A DNA stretch of 64,000 bases from Macrostomum hystrix (GCA_950097015.1 CATNEN010000025.1:7812001-7876000), one strand, 5' to 3'. Shown: positions 41,001-54,845, numbered from the stretch's first letter. The notes: generated from the letters alone by a model not told the origin. Numbers and translations are program-made.

Positions 41001-44000
41001 GCATTTCTGACATCATTCGTGTCTTCCTGACACAATTGCATTTCTGACATCATTCTTGTCTTCCTGACACAGTTGCATTTCTGACATCATTCTTGTCTTC
41101 CTGACACAATTGCATTTCTGACATCATTCGTGTCTTCCTGACACAGTTGCATTTCTGACATCATTCTTGTCTTCCTGACACAATTGCATTTCTGAAATCA
41201 TTCGTGTCTTCCTGACAGTTGCATTTCTGACATCATTCTTGTCTTCCTGACACAATTGCATTTCTGAAATCACTTGTCTTCCTGACACAGTTGCATTTCT
41301 GACATCATTCGTGTCTTCCTGACACAATTGCATTTCTGACATCATTCTTGTCTTCCTGACACAATTGCATTTCTGAAATCATTCGTGTCTTCCTGACACA
41401 GTTGCATTTCTGACATCATTCGTGTCTTCCTGACACAATTGCATTTCTGAAATCACTTGTCTTCCTGACACAATTGCATTTCTGACATCATTCTTGTCTT
41501 CCTGACACAATTGCATTTCTGACATCATTCTTGTCTTCCTGACACAATCGCATTTCTGACATCATTCTTGTCTTCCTGACACAATCGCATTTCTGACATC
41601 ATTCTTGTCTTCCTGACACAATCGCATTTCTGACATCATTCGTGTCTTCCTGACACAATCGCATTTCTGACATCATTCTTGTCTTCCTGACACAAATACA
41701 TTTCTGACATCATTCTTGTCTTCCTGACACAAATACATTTCTGACATCATTCGTGTCTTCCTGACACAATTGCATTTCTGAAATCACTTGTCTTCCTGAC
41801 ACAATTGCATTTTTGACATCATTCTTGTCTTCCTGACACAATTCGCATTTCTGACATCATTCTTGTCTTCTGACACAATCGCATTTCTGACATCATTCTT
41901 GTCTTCCTGACACAATTGCATTTCTGACATCATTCTTGTCTTCCTGACACAATTGCATTTCTGACATCATTCTTGTCTTCCTGACACAATCGCATTTCTG
42001 ACATCATTCGTGTCTTCCTGACACAATTCGCATTTCTGACATCATTCTTGTCTCCTGACACAATTACATTTCTGACATCATTCTTGTCTTCCTGACACAT
42101 CGCATTCTTGTATTCCTAACACAATTTATGACATACATGAAATGTATTCATAAATATATTTATGAATAATCTTCCTAACACGAGTCCCTAACGCATTTTC
42201 TTCTAAATCGATTCATTCAAATTAATTATTTCTAGATTGTCTGCAAACCCGATATTTTTCTGCTAACATTATTATCTTTCGTGATCAATTCTCTGTTCCC
42301 CGACCTCATATATATTAAGAATGCAGCTCGTATATTGCACACAATCAATTTTTAATACGAAGTTATTTGTTGAGGTTAATTCACAGGTAAGTTCAAAGCA
42401 CTTTCGCTTAAAATGAAACTTGATAACCTGTAGCGTGAGCAACCAAATCTGACTGGGATATTTTGCCGCAGAAAACTGATTTAGCTGTCAATCAATAAAT
42501 CAATAGACTATTTATTTAGCACGCCTTAAAACTAAGTGTGACGAAATTTCGCCCCCGTTACCTACTTAAAAGTAGCGCGACCTTCTTTCTCAGTTGAATC
42601 AATACACAGATAGAAATTTGATAGCTGAAAAACAGCTTTACGTGAACTTTGCGCGCGAACTTTAATGTAAATTTTTTCGCTCATTCAGAGAACAAAACGA
42701 TTATTCATTTAATCCTTAAGCTGTCAATTTGTTTTATTTAAACCAAAACAAATAGGTAAAGTCAACAGAGGCCCTCAATATTGCAGTCGAGGTGAACGGC
42801 GGTGAAATTGAAAACGAACAGTTGAGAACAGGTGCACATGTTTTTCCTTAATAAAGGACGAAAATGAAATATTTTTTGACGGCTTGAAATTAGCGCGATA
42901 GTCCTTACTAGAAGACACCAACGGATAAGACAGACAGACAAGGATTAAAACAGCTGCCTACACTCGATAAGCAATTAAAATGGCCGCATTGTATCCATAG
43001 CAGGGCCCGTCATAAATCTATCAAACTGCGAGCCGTTTGCAAGTCGCTAAGCAGTACGAATGATTTTTCCTAACCGAGGTTGTAAATAATTTCCTGTTTA
43101 GGTAAGCGATTTAGCTGACGCCCGATCAACTACTAGGGAGATATGAAGGTTCAAAGTGAAGGAATATTGTGCGCACTTCTTTTTGCCACACGCGGATGTC
43201 GATTCAGTTATAAAGTCGAATGATCAGGATAATTTTTATAAAGTTTATAACTGCTATTAGTTAAATGCAAATATAATCTTTTACAACAATAAATTTCACA
43301 AGTAATGATTCGCCTTTAAAATGTAAATTTCGAAACAAGTAAATTACATTTTTTCATTTGAAAAAATATTACATTTAGCCGAGAACACGGACAAGCTACT
43401 ATAAGTAGTTCATTATATTATGAAGACTTAAACTGCTGCTTCCGTAATAACATAGCTAAATTTAAAGTTGCTGTCAATCATGAACTTAGGGAATAATTAT
43501 TTGAATCGATGAAAGAAACCTTTAGGCTGGGAATCGTGAATTAGGTTTGTTGTCACGCATTCAATGAATGTTTTCGCCAATTTGGTAAATCAAGTCATGA
43601 ACTCAGTGAATGATGTCAAGAATTCAGTGAATGATGTCGTGAACTCAGTGAATGATGTCGTGAACTCAATGAATGATGTCGTGAATCCAGTGAATGATGT
43701 CGTGAACTCAGTGAATGATGTCGTGAACTCAGTGAATGATGTCGTGAACTCAGTGAATTATGTCAAGAATTCAGTTAATGATGTCGTGAACTCAGTGAAT
43801 GATGTCGTGAACTCAGTGAATGATGTCAAGAATTCAGTGAATGATGTCGTGAACTCAGTGAATGATGTCGTGAATCCAGTGATGATGTCGTGAACTCAGT
43901 AAATGATGTCATGAATTCAGTGAATGATGTCGTGAACTCAGTAAATGATGTCGTGAACTCAGTGAATTATGTCGTAAACTCAGTGAATGATGTCGTGAAT

Positions 44001-46670
44001 TCAGTGAATGATGTCGTGAACTCAGTGAATGATGTCGTGAACTCAGTTGACAGTTAATAATGTCGTGAACTCAGTAAATGATGTCGTGAACTCAGGGAAT
44101 GATGTCATGAACTCAGTGAATGATGTCGTGAACTCAGTGAATGATATCGTGAACTCAGTGAATGATGTCAAGAATTCATTGAATGATGTCGTGAACTCAG
44201 TGAATGATGTCGTGAACTCAATGAATGATGTCGTGAATCCAGTGAATGATGTCGTGAACTCAGTGAATGATGTCGTGAACTCAGTGAATGATGTCGTGAA
44301 CTCAGTTGACAGTTAATGATGTCGTGAACTCAGTAAATGATGTCGTGAATTCAGTGAATGATGTCGTGAACTCAGTAAATGATGTCGTGAATTCAGTGAA
44401 TGATGTCGTGAACTCAGTGAATGATATCGTGAACTCAGTGAATGATGTCAAGAATTCAGTGAATGATGTCGTGAACTCAGTGAATGATGTCGTGAATTCA
44501 GTGAATGATGTCGTGAACTCAGTAAATGATGTCATGAATTCAGTGAATGATGTCGTGAACTCAGTAAATGATGTCGTGAACTCAGTGAATTATGTCGTAA
44601 ACTCAGTGAATGATGTCGTGAATTCAGTGAATGATGTCGTGAACTCAGTGAATGATGTCGTGAACTCAGTTGACAGTTAATAATGTCGTGAACTCAGTAA
44701 ATGATGTCGTGAACTCAGGGAATGATGTCATGAACTCAGTGAATGATGTCGTGAACTCAGTGAATGATATCGTGAACTCAGTGAATGATGTCAAGAATTC
44801 AGTGAATGATGTCGTGAACTCAGTGAATGATGTTGTGAATCCAGTGAATGATGTCGTGAACTCAGTAAATGATGTCGTGAACTCAGTTGACAGTTAATGA
44901 TGTCGTGAACTCAGTGAATGATGTCGTGAACTCAGTAAATGATGTCGTGAATTCAGTGAATGATGTCGTGAACTCAGTAAATGATGTCGTGAATTCAGTG
45001 AATGATGTCGTGAACTCAGTAAATGATGTCGTGAATTCAGTGAATGATGTCGTGAACTTAGTAAATGATGTCGTGAATTCAGTGAATGATGTCGGGAATT
45101 TAGTTTTCAATTTTAAAGCAACTTACTCATACTCCCGGTACTTCTCGCAGATGCCGCCATTCTGGTCTTTGGTGCCAACCCAGGCAAGGCCCAAAGTGCC
45201 GCCATTGAAGTCGCGATAGGTGAACAGGTAGGCAAGGCAGTGCTCAGAATGGTTGCTATAAGCGTGAAGATTTAGAAAATTGGTCACATCGATGTTTCGA
45301 TTGCAGAACTTGTTAGTTGACGGCTGTTCGCAATCGGCCGTGGTATTTATGCGGATTCGGTTCACCGTGAACTGGATGCCATTCTGATCAAACTGCGGTT
45401 CGCGCGAATTGAATCGCGTAGCTGCGTAGATGGCCGACGCTGCGCTGACGTGGTGCTGAAACAGCGCCTTGATCTCGGTCTTCGCTCGCTCCTTGTCGCC
45501 ATTCACATTGCTAAGTCCCATTGTGGCCTCCCATAGCATTGTGTCTGACTGCATGTACAGTGAGCACACCTTGGGATCTGAGACAGTGGCTCTACGGCTG
45601 CGCTGCTGGTACATGGCGGCCGGGTCTGGGCGAGTCTCAGACACCGCCGCGTAGAAGCCGCCGCCTCTGCTGCGCGGATTAGCGGAGTCGCGAATCAGCT
45701 GATTTGCCACGCCCGGATTGGCCAGGCCGCAAGAAGCGCCCGAGCCGCCGCCATCGGGCGAGTCCACGGCCGGCGAGTGGAGCAGTGCGGACCTGCGGAG
45801 CGCACAAATTCGTAATGTAGTCTCTATTCCTGGAAGTTCAATCCTACCTGAAAGTTCACTCTTACCTGAGACTTCCACTCTACCTGAAACTTCCACTTAA
45901 CCTGAAACTTCCACTCTACCCGAAACTTCCACTCTACCTGAAACTTCCACTCTACCCGAAACTTCCACTCTACCCGAAATTTCCACGCTACCTAAAACTT
46001 CCACTCTACCTAAAACTTCCACTCTTACCTGAAACCCCATTCGACCCGAAACTTGAGAAGCCGGTACTCACCTCTTAAACCGCTTCGGCCATCTCACATG
46101 CGAGTCATTGTACATCACTGAATGGAACCCTCTCCGGCCTGTGAAATAGTGTGCAGCTGGTTCCACATACCAGCCGGCGCCGTTGGACTCGTGTATGGAG
46201 CCGCGAAAGACGCCGTCAATGAGGCTGCCAAACGCCCAACTGCCCGGATCGTCAACTAGCTGGCCGATGACCGCCTCTGGAAATGTGAGCGGCTCGACGC
46301 GGCCGTCGATTTCCAGTGCTGCGCCAGGCGCCGCCACGCGTCCATTGTGCTCCAGGCGCAGCTGGAACCTGCGGCCATGCGCCGTGAAGGTCAGTTCAAC
46401 TGGCTGGGCTAGCGGAGCCGACCGTTTCGACCGACGAGGATGCCGTTCGGACAATGGCTTGTAGACTAGCCTATCGTGGTCTGTTATGGTCTCACTGCCG
46501 GGCACAGGCCCGTAAATCAGGCCGGCGTACGCTGATTGGACAGCTGCACTAGCCAATAGGAGCAGGCTTAGCAAAAGCAGCATGGAGGAGGACAAGCGGA
46601 GAAAATGGCGTCGCTGTTGTGAGCACCAGCGGCAGCCACCAGCCGAGGATGGGGCACAGACGATGTTCGG
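29043..46670 (-). CDS. ADAM10: ADAM10/Kuzbanian disintegrin and metalloprotease; 5 coding exons, 942 aa from ATG 46583
   Basis: Exons 46670(ATG 46583)-46072, 45792-45127, 39898-39211, 31553-30697, 29148-29043; phases 2,2,0,2 are consistent. Signal peptide MLLLLSLLLLASAAVQS; furin sites RRSKR and RSRR; Cys switch SCGL; CSLYMQSD; YLFTYRDFNGGTLGLAWVG; KSLNTGIVT; zinc motif HEMGHNFGANHD; Met-turn NYIMF; disintegrin CGNSLLEPGEDCDCG; GSPCDNYRGYC..CRRVDSKGPL; TM HWYYVILICIGIVIAMGVFI; CAVHTPSSNP (ADAM10-typical juxtamembrane). Confidence 0.95.
29310..30665. repeat. 24-bp minisatellite (AGCTACAGAATGTTCTACAGCAGT), about 56 copies, in the last ADAM10 intron
   Basis: Period 24; reads (H-S-V-A-T/I-A/T-V-E/D)n in frame with ADAM10 on the minus strand. 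Confidence 0.95.
31587..38972. repeat. 35-bp satellite (GGGATTTGAAGGTGCCATACTAGTGTGTTTTGAAT), about 210 copies, about 7.4 kb
   Basis: Period 35; fills about 96% of ADAM10 intron 31554-39210; diverged units at the 31587 edge. Confidence 0.98.
40060..42105. repeat. 37-bp minisatellite (CATTCTTGTCTTCCTGACACAATTGCATTTCTGACAT), about 55 copies
   Basis: Period 37 in ADAM10 intron 39899-45126. Confidence 0.96.
43595..45092. repeat. 21-bp minisatellite (GTGAACTCAGTGAATGATGTC), about 70 copies, with higher-order blocks
   Basis: Period 21; the punctuation CAGTTGACAGTTAAT occurs at about 44043, 44302, 44666 and 44883. Confidence 0.96.
45842..46030. repeat. 18-bp minisatellite (ACCTGAAACTTCCACTCT), about 10 copies
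   Basis: Period 18; fills most of the 279-nt intron 45793-46071. Confidence 0.9.
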
Positions 46671-46764
46671 CTGCAAGTAGAAGAAAAGTCAAGAAAAATA
46701 CCATTTAATTCATTCTAAAAGCTTACTCAATTTCAAATCCGTTCCCCGATCCTTCATCCCAAAC

Positions 46765-48730
46765 TGATTCCTGAACCCAAACTGATTTCTGAACCCAAAC
46801 TGATTCCTGAACCTGAACATACCTGAACCTGAACATACCTGAACCAAAACTGATTCCTGAACCTCAACATACCTGAACCTGAACATACCTGAACCCAAAC
46901 TGATTCCTGAACCCAAACTGATTCCTGAACCCAAACTGATTCCTGAACCCAAACTGATTCCTGAACTCAAACTGATTCCTGAACCCAAACTGATTCCTGA
47001 ACCCAAACTGATTCCTGAACCCAAACTGATTCCTGAACTCAAACTGATTCCTGAACCCAAACTGATTCCTGAACGTAAACTGATTCCTGAACTCAAACTG
47101 ATTCCTGAACCCAAACTGATTCCTGAACTCAAACTGATTCCTGAACCCAAACTGATTCCTGAACCCAAACTGATTCCTGAACCCAAACTGATTCCTGAAC
47201 TCAAACTGATTCCTGAACCCAAACTGATTCCTGAACGTAAACTGATTCCTGAACTCAAACTGATTCCTGAACCCAAACTGATTCCTGAACTCAAAACTGA
47301 TTCCTGAACCCAAACTGATTCCTGAACCCAAACTGATTCCTGAACTCAAACTGATTCCTGAACCCAAACTGATTCCTGAACCCAAACTGATTCCTGAACC
47401 CAAACTGATTCCTGAACTCAAACTGATTCCTGAACCTAAACTGATTCCTGAACTCAAACTGATTCCTGAACCCAAACTGATTCCTGAACTCAAACTGATT
47501 CCTGAACCCAAACTGATTCCTGAACCCAAACTGATTCCTGAACTCAAACTGATTCCTGAACCTAAACTGATTCCTGAACCCAAACTGATTCCTGAACGTA
47601 AACTGATTCCTGAACCCAAACTGATTCCTGAACCCAAACTGATTCCTGAACCCAAACTGATTCCTGAACCCATTCCTGAACCCAAACTGATTCCTGAACC
47701 CAAACTGATTCCTGAACCCAAACTGATTCCTGAACCCAAACTGATTCCTGAACTCAAACTGATTCCTGAACCCAAACTGATTCCTGAACCCAAACTGATT
47801 CCTGAACCCAAACTGATTCCTGAACTCAAACTGATTCCTGAACCTAAACTGATTCCTGAACTCAAACTGATTCCTGAACCCAAACTGATTCCTGAACTCA
47901 AACTGATTCCTGAACCCAAACTGATTCCTGAACCCAAACTGATTCCTGAACTCAAACTGATTCCTGAACTCAAACTGATTCCTGAACCCAAACTGATTCC
48001 TGAACTCAAACTGATTCCTGAACCCTAAACTGATTCCTGAACCCAAACTGATTCCTGAACGTAAACTGATTCCTGAACCCAAACTGATTCCTGAACTCAA
48101 ACTGATTCCTGAACCTAAACTGATTCCTGAACCCAAACTGATTCCTGAACTCAAACTGATTCCTGAACTCAAACTGATTCCTGAACCCAAACTGATTCCT
48201 GAACTCAAACTGATTCCTGAACGTAAACTGATTCCTGAACTCAAACTGATTCCTGAACTCAAACTGATTCCTGAACCTAAACTGATTCCTGAACCCAAAC
48301 TGATTCCTGAACTCAAACTGATTCCTGAACTCAAACTGATTCCTGAACCCAAACTGATTCCTGAACTCAAACTGATTCCTGAACCTAAACTGATTCCTGA
48401 ACCCAAACTGATTCCTGAACGTAAACTGATTCCTGAACCCAAACTGATTCCTGAACTCAAACTGATTCCTGAACCTAAACTGATTCCTGAACCCAAACTG
48501 ATTCCTGAACCTAAACTGATTCCTGAACCCAAACTGATTCCTGAACTCAAACTGATTCCTGAACCCAAACTGATTCCTGAACCTAAACTGATTCCTGAAC
48601 TCAAACTGATTCCTGAACCCAAACTGATTCCTGAACTCAAACTGATTCCTGAACCTAAACTGATTCCTGAACTCAAACTGATTCCTGAACCTAAACTGAT
48701 TCCTGAACTCAAACTGATTCCTGAACCCAA
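46765..48730. repeat. 18-bp minisatellite (CTGATTCCTGAACCCAAA), about 109 copies
   Basis: Period 18; the SGISLG/FRNQFG ORFs are frame-switching translations of it. Confidence 0.97.
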
Positions 48731-49594
48731 CTCCAGCCTGATAAACTGAACACAACCTCACCTCAAACCTGACCCAATCCTGAATTTAACCTCATCCCTG
48801 ATCGATGATGTAATTCCTAATCATTTAGCTCGCAGTTTTTCGCAAAAATCGCAATATCGAGATGATAATACTAATTCAGTAAGTATATTAAGTCTGGTTC
48901 TGTCCGTTACTTTAATTAGGGGCTATTAGCAAACCCCAAAGAATGAGAAGCAGACTTTGAGGCAGGCTGTTGCATACCAGTTCGTACACAAGCAAGGCCA
49001 ATTTTCATCAAATTAACAGTGGTGGAACTCCGGTTTCATTCTTTCTGACAATAACTATAAACAAAAAGAATACTTTTCGCTGTAAGAAACTAATAGGCTA
49101 AACCAGCACTGAAAAAAAAAGAATTTAGCCAACTGCGCAATTGCATGGCAGAAATGCTTCAAAGTACACTAGAGCGTACGCACACACACAAATACAAAGG
49201 TAGTATAAAAGTTCATAAGACCATCATGGGCAAAGTTAGAAAAAGCGGAAAAGTCTACGCTCCTGTCGCATTTGTGAGGCGAAGGAGAGGTGGCAAACAA
49301 AGAAAACTTCTTTTTTAGAACAAATAATTTGAAAATAATATTAATAAATCGAATGCAATGCGAATCGATGAAAATGCTTTCAACTCGCAGAAAAAAAGCA
49401 TCAAATTTTTCAGCAAATTGACTAACTCAATCCAATAAGACAGCAAAAATAACTAGACCACCATTTCAAAATTGTTTACGTTTTCATGAGCTTTCATCGA
49501 TCTTCAATCGATAAATATATTTATTTACTTACTTATTCGAAATTTTACAGTGTCTAAAATAATAGCTCACAACTCTGGGATGCTTTTTTAAGAA

Positions 49595-50900
49595 ATGGGA
49601 CTTTTTGACGAATGGGATATTTTTGAGGAATGAGATGTTTTGAGAAACGGAATGTTTTTGTAGGAGTGGGAGATTTTGACGAATGGGATATTTATGAGGA
49701 ATGACATGTTTTGAGAAACGGAATGTTTTTGTAGGAGCGGGAGATTTCGACGAATGGGATATTTCTGAGGAATGAGATGTTTTGAGAAACGGAATGTTTT
49801 TGTAGGAGCGGGAGATTTTGACGAATGGAATATTTCTGAGGAATGAGATGTTTTGAGAAACGGAATGTTTTTGTAGAAGTGGGAGATTTTGACGAATGGG
49901 ATATTTCTGAGGAATGAGATGTTTTGAGAAACGGAATGTTTTTGTAGAAGTGGGAGATTTTGTCGAATGGGATATTTCTGAGGAATGAGATGTTTTGAGA
50001 AACGGAATGTTTTTGTAGAAGTGGGAGATTTTGACGAATGGGATATTTCTAAGGAATGAGATGTTTTGAGAAACGGGATGTATTTGTAGGAGTGGGAGAT
50101 TTTGACGAATGGGATATTTCTGAGGAATGAGATGTTTTGAGAAACGGAATGTTTTTGTAGAAGTGGGAGATTTTGACGAATGGGATATTTCTGAGGAATG
50201 ACATGTTTTGAGAAACGGAATGTTTTTGTAGGAGCGGGAGATTTTGACGAATGGGATATTTCTGAGGAATGAGATGTTTTGAGAAACGGAATGTTTTTGT
50301 AGGAGCGGGAGATTTTGACGAATGGAATATTTCTGAGGAATGAGATGTTTTGAGAAACGGGATGTATTTGTAGGAGTGGGAGATTTTGACGAATGGGATA
50401 TTTCTGAGGAATGAGATGTTTTGAGAAACGGAATGTTTTTGTAGGAGCGGGAGATTTCGACGAATGGGATATTTCTGAGGAATGAGATGTTTGAGAAACG
50501 GAATGTTTTTGTAGGAGCGGGAGATTTTGACGAATGGAATATTTCTGAGGAATGAGATGTTTTGAGAAACGGGATGTATTTGTAGGAGTGGGAGATTTTG
50601 ACGAATGGGATATTTCTGAGGAATGAGATGTTTTGAGAAACGGAATGTTTTTGTAGAAGTGGGAGATTTTGACGAATGGGATATTTCTGAGGAATGAGAT
50701 GTTTTGAGAAACGGAATGTTTTTGTAGGAGCGGGAGATTTTGACGAATGGAATATTTCTGAGGAATGAGATGTTTTGAGAAACGGAATGTTTTTGTAGAA
50801 GTGGGAGATTTTGACGAATGGGATATTTCTGAGGAATGAGATGTTTTGAGAAACGGAATGTTTTTGTAGGAGCGGGAGATTTTGACGAATGGGATATTAA
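49595..50900. repeat. 71-bp minisatellite, about 18 copies
   Basis: GAATGGGATATTTCTGAGGAATGAGATGTTTTGAGAAACGG recurs with period 71 (e.g. 49681, 49752). Confidence 0.95.
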
Positions 50901-51764
50901 TGAGGAAGGGGATGTTTTGAGGAAGGGGATTTGTTAGGAATGTGAATTTTCTGATAAAGTCTGTTTTTCTAAGAAAGTTTTCTGAGAAACTGTATGCCTT
51001 GAAATAAGGGATGTTCTTGAGAAATGGGATAGATATCAGTGCTAAGTCACTTATAAATTCTGAGTAACTCAGATAATCAGTTCATATACTAAATATAAAT
51101 GCATGCGTGAGCAAAAATGCAGATGTATGACAGTGTTTATTAGACAAACACCGAAAAAAAGAGAAAAAGAATTGATTTCAAACATCCCCTTAAATACATT
51201 GCACAGTGCTAATTAACCAAACAAAACCACAGACCACTTTGCACAAGAGCCCAAGTATGCGACATTAAGTACGTAACATTACTGTCCATTTTTAGAAATA
51301 AAATAGTAAAATTAGCTTTTTAGGTGTAAAGCAAATATAGGCTTTCTCTGAATTAAACAAAGAAATATAACAGTATTAGGTTTGCCTACAATTCTTATAA
51401 TTATATGGAAATTCTATCTATGGAATTCTCATATATTGACTTACAACTCTATACATTTAATTACAATTCACAAATATTTACGTTCAATAGTTATATACTC
51501 GTAACTACATACTTCACAGATTTGATCTCCATTTCGCACAGGTTTGTCTAAATTTGTCATTAATTCGAAATCAAATACCGATAGCCACTACTGTAAGAAC
51601 CGTTTCTTTGAAGATTTGCCATCCACCTAGACTATATAAATAGCATTTGCAGGCGTACCTATTCTTTAAAAAGCCTTGCACATAGTCAGCACCGGATTAA
51701 AAAATAAGACACCTGACAGTAAAAAATTTAGAACACTCAAGTCCACTTCACTAGCAATGGGTTG

Positions 51765-54700
51765 CTACAATGCGGCCTGTTTAAACACGAACACCTTGCC
51801 ACTAGAGTTGCCGCCGCACATCATACCCAAGCTGGCCTGCCAACGCACCAGCGAGGTCACAGTCGATAGATTCTCATCGCAGATTTGGTTGATTAGGCGG
51901 CCTGAGTCTGGCGAGTACAGTTCAATGCGACGCGGCTCTTTTTGCATCGAGCCAACAGCGATTGGGCCGGTAGCGCCTTGACCGTCGGGGCACCAGATCG
52001 CGCGAAAGTTCGACAGATAGCGAGTGGTGTAATTGTCGTGATTGATTGACACCACCTGGTTGGATTACGTGACAGGTACGAACAAAGGTAGATGAGCTGG
52101 CGTTGGGATTACAGTTGGAGATAAAGGGATTGGGAAGTATGGGGATCTCATATTCTAGGTAAAGATGAAGTAATTGGAAGCATGGGGATCTGACTATCCT
52201 AGGTGGAGATGAAGGGATTGGGAAGCATGGGGATCTGACTATCCTAGGTGGAGATGAAGGGATTGGGAAGTATGGGGATCTGACTATCCTAGGTGGAGAT
52301 GAAGGGATTCGGAAGCATGGCATGGGGATCTGACTATCCTAGGTGGAGATGAAGGGATTGGGAAGCATGGGGATCTGACTATCCTAGGTGGAGATGAAGG
52401 GATTGGGAAGTATGGGGATCTGACTATCCTAGGTGGAGATGAAGGGATTGGGAAGTATGGGGATCTGACTATCCTAGGTGGAGATGAAGGGATTGGGAAG
52501 CATGGGGATCTGACTATCCTAGGTGGAGATGAAGGGATTGGAAGCATGGGGATCTGACTATCCTAGGTGGAGATGAAGGGATTGGGAAGTATGGGGATCT
52601 CATATTCTAGGTAAAGATGAAGGGATTGGGAAGTATGGGGATCTGACTATCCTAGGTGGAGATGAAGGGATTGGGAAGTATGGGGATCTGCCTATCCTAG
52701 GTGGAGATGAAGGGATTGGGAAGTATGGGGATCTGATTATCCTAGGTGGAGATGAAGGGATTGGGAAGTATGGGGATCTGATTATCCTAGGTGGAGATGA
52801 AGGGATTGGGAAGCATGGGGATCTGATTATCCTAGGTGGAGATGAAGGGATTGGGAAGTATGGGGATCTGATTATTGTAGGTGGAGAAGAAGAGACTGGG
52901 AAGTTTGGGATCTGATTATCATAGCTGGGGATAAGGGGGATCAGGAAACAGTTCCCTGAACTCACAGGCAAGGTGTCGCTGTTCTCAGCATTGTACACTC
53001 GAACAGTGTCATTTAGGGAGGTGGTGAGAAAGCGCATTCCACCGTCCGGGCTCCAATAGGCGGAATCTGCGCACCTGCCCTGCTCGTAGGTGTTCAGCGG
53101 CCGGCTTGGGGATCGCAAATCCCACAGGTGGACATTGCCGTCAAGCGAAGCTGACAGGCATAGCTGGCCGCGATCAGTAGCCGGGTGGGGATCGATGCAC
53201 TTTACGACTCGCCGGCCGCAGTCAATAGTGAGGTCACTCCCGCTGCCTGCGGGCAGTGATTTGATGTGATTTGGAATGACGTCACAGTAAGAACGGGTAA
53301 AAACAAAAATGAATGGGATGAAAAACCCTAAAACGCAATCCACGAAAAACTAACCAGTCCTTCGATCCAGGAATCGAACCTGGCCATCTTCGCCGCCAAC
53401 GGCGAGTGCTTCGCCGACGCCCGCCACCGAACCGGCCGGCATACAGGCCAGAGCCGTGGCACCAATCCGGTCCCGGCGCAATGCGTCACTGACCTCATCG
53501 CCAGCGCAAGCATTCAAATCGATAAATCTAACTAGGCCGTCATACGAAGTGGTGAATAGAAGATTGGCAGCTTGGCCAGAGCCGAAAGCCAGATCGGTGA
53601 CCCGATCCGTATGCAATCGGCCCGTCAGTGCGGCATCGTACATTTGCTTATTGTTGTCGCAATAGAACAATCCCACATTGCCCATAGTGTCGCCTGCAGC
53701 GCCTAGCAACGGTTGCTGGGCTGAGCCATCGTCGCGCAGAGCCATAGAGAATACGCGCTTATGCAACGGCCTCACGCAGCAGACAAAGGCTAAATTGCTA
53801 GGCGAAAATCCAGCTGCAGATTTCTTTGAACTATTCTTCTTGACTTTTTCCTCGCCAAACGGTTTCACCTGTTCAAGCAGGTCGGCCAGCTCCGATGCCA
53901 AATCGACGCGGCCGCGCTCCGGCTCTGGCGTATCCTCGTCACCACTGTTGGAGGCTTCGCCCTCATTGTCCTTGTTATTGACGCTGCCAGATTCGGCGGA
54001 TTTTGTTGGCGTCAGGCCGCTGATTCGGCGACTGCGCCTCAATTCGTGCACCTCATCGTCCGCAGCAGGAGCAGCCGATGAGCTGCTAGCGATCCGAGCG
54101 CTGCGTCGCTTCGGCTTCTTTGAGGAGCGAAGCTGCCAGCTAGAGGCGCCGCCCCCGCCGCCGGGTCGGTACTCCTGTGCGCCCGCGTTTTCATCGTCGT
54201 CAGGGGCCGCACGAGCGCGACTAAAAATATGAGCTTTAGTCAATTAGATCATATCCTAGCCAGAATGATAACCTACGAACCTGCAGGATTAACTGATCTC
54301 CTATCCAGAGAGAGTAACAATTAACCTGTAGGATTATCTAAACTAAATCGGAAGGATTAACTAAACTAGGCTACTAACCTATAGAATAAACCAATCAACC
54401 AGCCTAAAGGTTTAACTAATCAAATGGCCTGATAGTTTTACCAAATAGAATTGAACGATTTCTATTATAAGGTAAATGGAGTGAGTTATTCTAATTGATA
54501 GTCGAATTAATTAACCATAATGAATTTACTTACGGTTTGTGGTTCGCTATTTGATTGACACCGATTCGTGGCTAAAAAAAGAAAGTAAAAAATTATTATT
54601 AAAATTCCAAAAAAAGTGTAATTTAAATATCGGAGATCCAAATCCAAGCGACTAACCATAGCGCTAATGAGCTCGCCAAGAAGCGCCTGGTTTTCATTGA

Positions 54701-54845
54701 TCCTCTGCATGCGGGCGCGCTCATAGTTGGAGATACCTCCAGTGTTGCTACTGACGCGCACACTATTGCCAGAGCCTGCCGCGGTAGCCATGGCAACTCG
54801 CACCTTCTTTGAACTGGGACCGCTGGCCAGCTCATTATCACCATT
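51765..54845 (-). CDS. WDR76: WDR76/CMR1-like (DDB2-related) WD40 protein; 5 exons, 536 aa from ATG 54791
   Basis: Exons 54845(ATG 54791)-54657, 54571-54534, 54220-53355, 53246-52966, 52055-51765; phases 0,2,1,0 are consistent. N-terminal SNYERARMQRINENQALL (CMR1/WDR76-type motif), basic/acidic linker with RRSRR, WD40 blades (GDTMGNVGLF, TTSYDGLVRFID, SASLDGNVHLWDLR, SAYWSP) and HDNYTTRYLSNFRAIWCP (cf. WDR76 H-N..TGRWLT.F.A.W.P). Confidence 0.85.
52120..52885. repeat. 45-bp minisatellite (CATGGGGATCTGACTATCCTAGGTGGAGATGAAGGGATTGGGAAG), about 17 copies
   Basis: Period 45; fills WDR76 intron 52056-52965 (910 nt, not a multiple of 3). Confidence 0.95.

Noticed and set aside
43564-45219. Plus-strand (VNSVNDV)n heptad ORFs as a coiled-coil protein
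   Set aside because: Antisense within an ADAM10 intron, broken by stops and a frameshift, no splice or start context; a by-product of a 21-bp unit.
46710-48761. (SGISLG)n / (FRNQFG)n ORFs as an N-terminal extension of ADAM10 or a silk-like protein
   Set aside because: Single-base indels switch the frame several times, and stops separate them from the ADAM10 exon.
51922-52965. Retention of the 45-bp (PIPSSPPRIVRSPYF)n repeat intron in WDR76
   Set aside because: The intron is 910 nt (not 3n) with a stop at about 52600 and a frame break, so retention would truncate the WD40 propeller.
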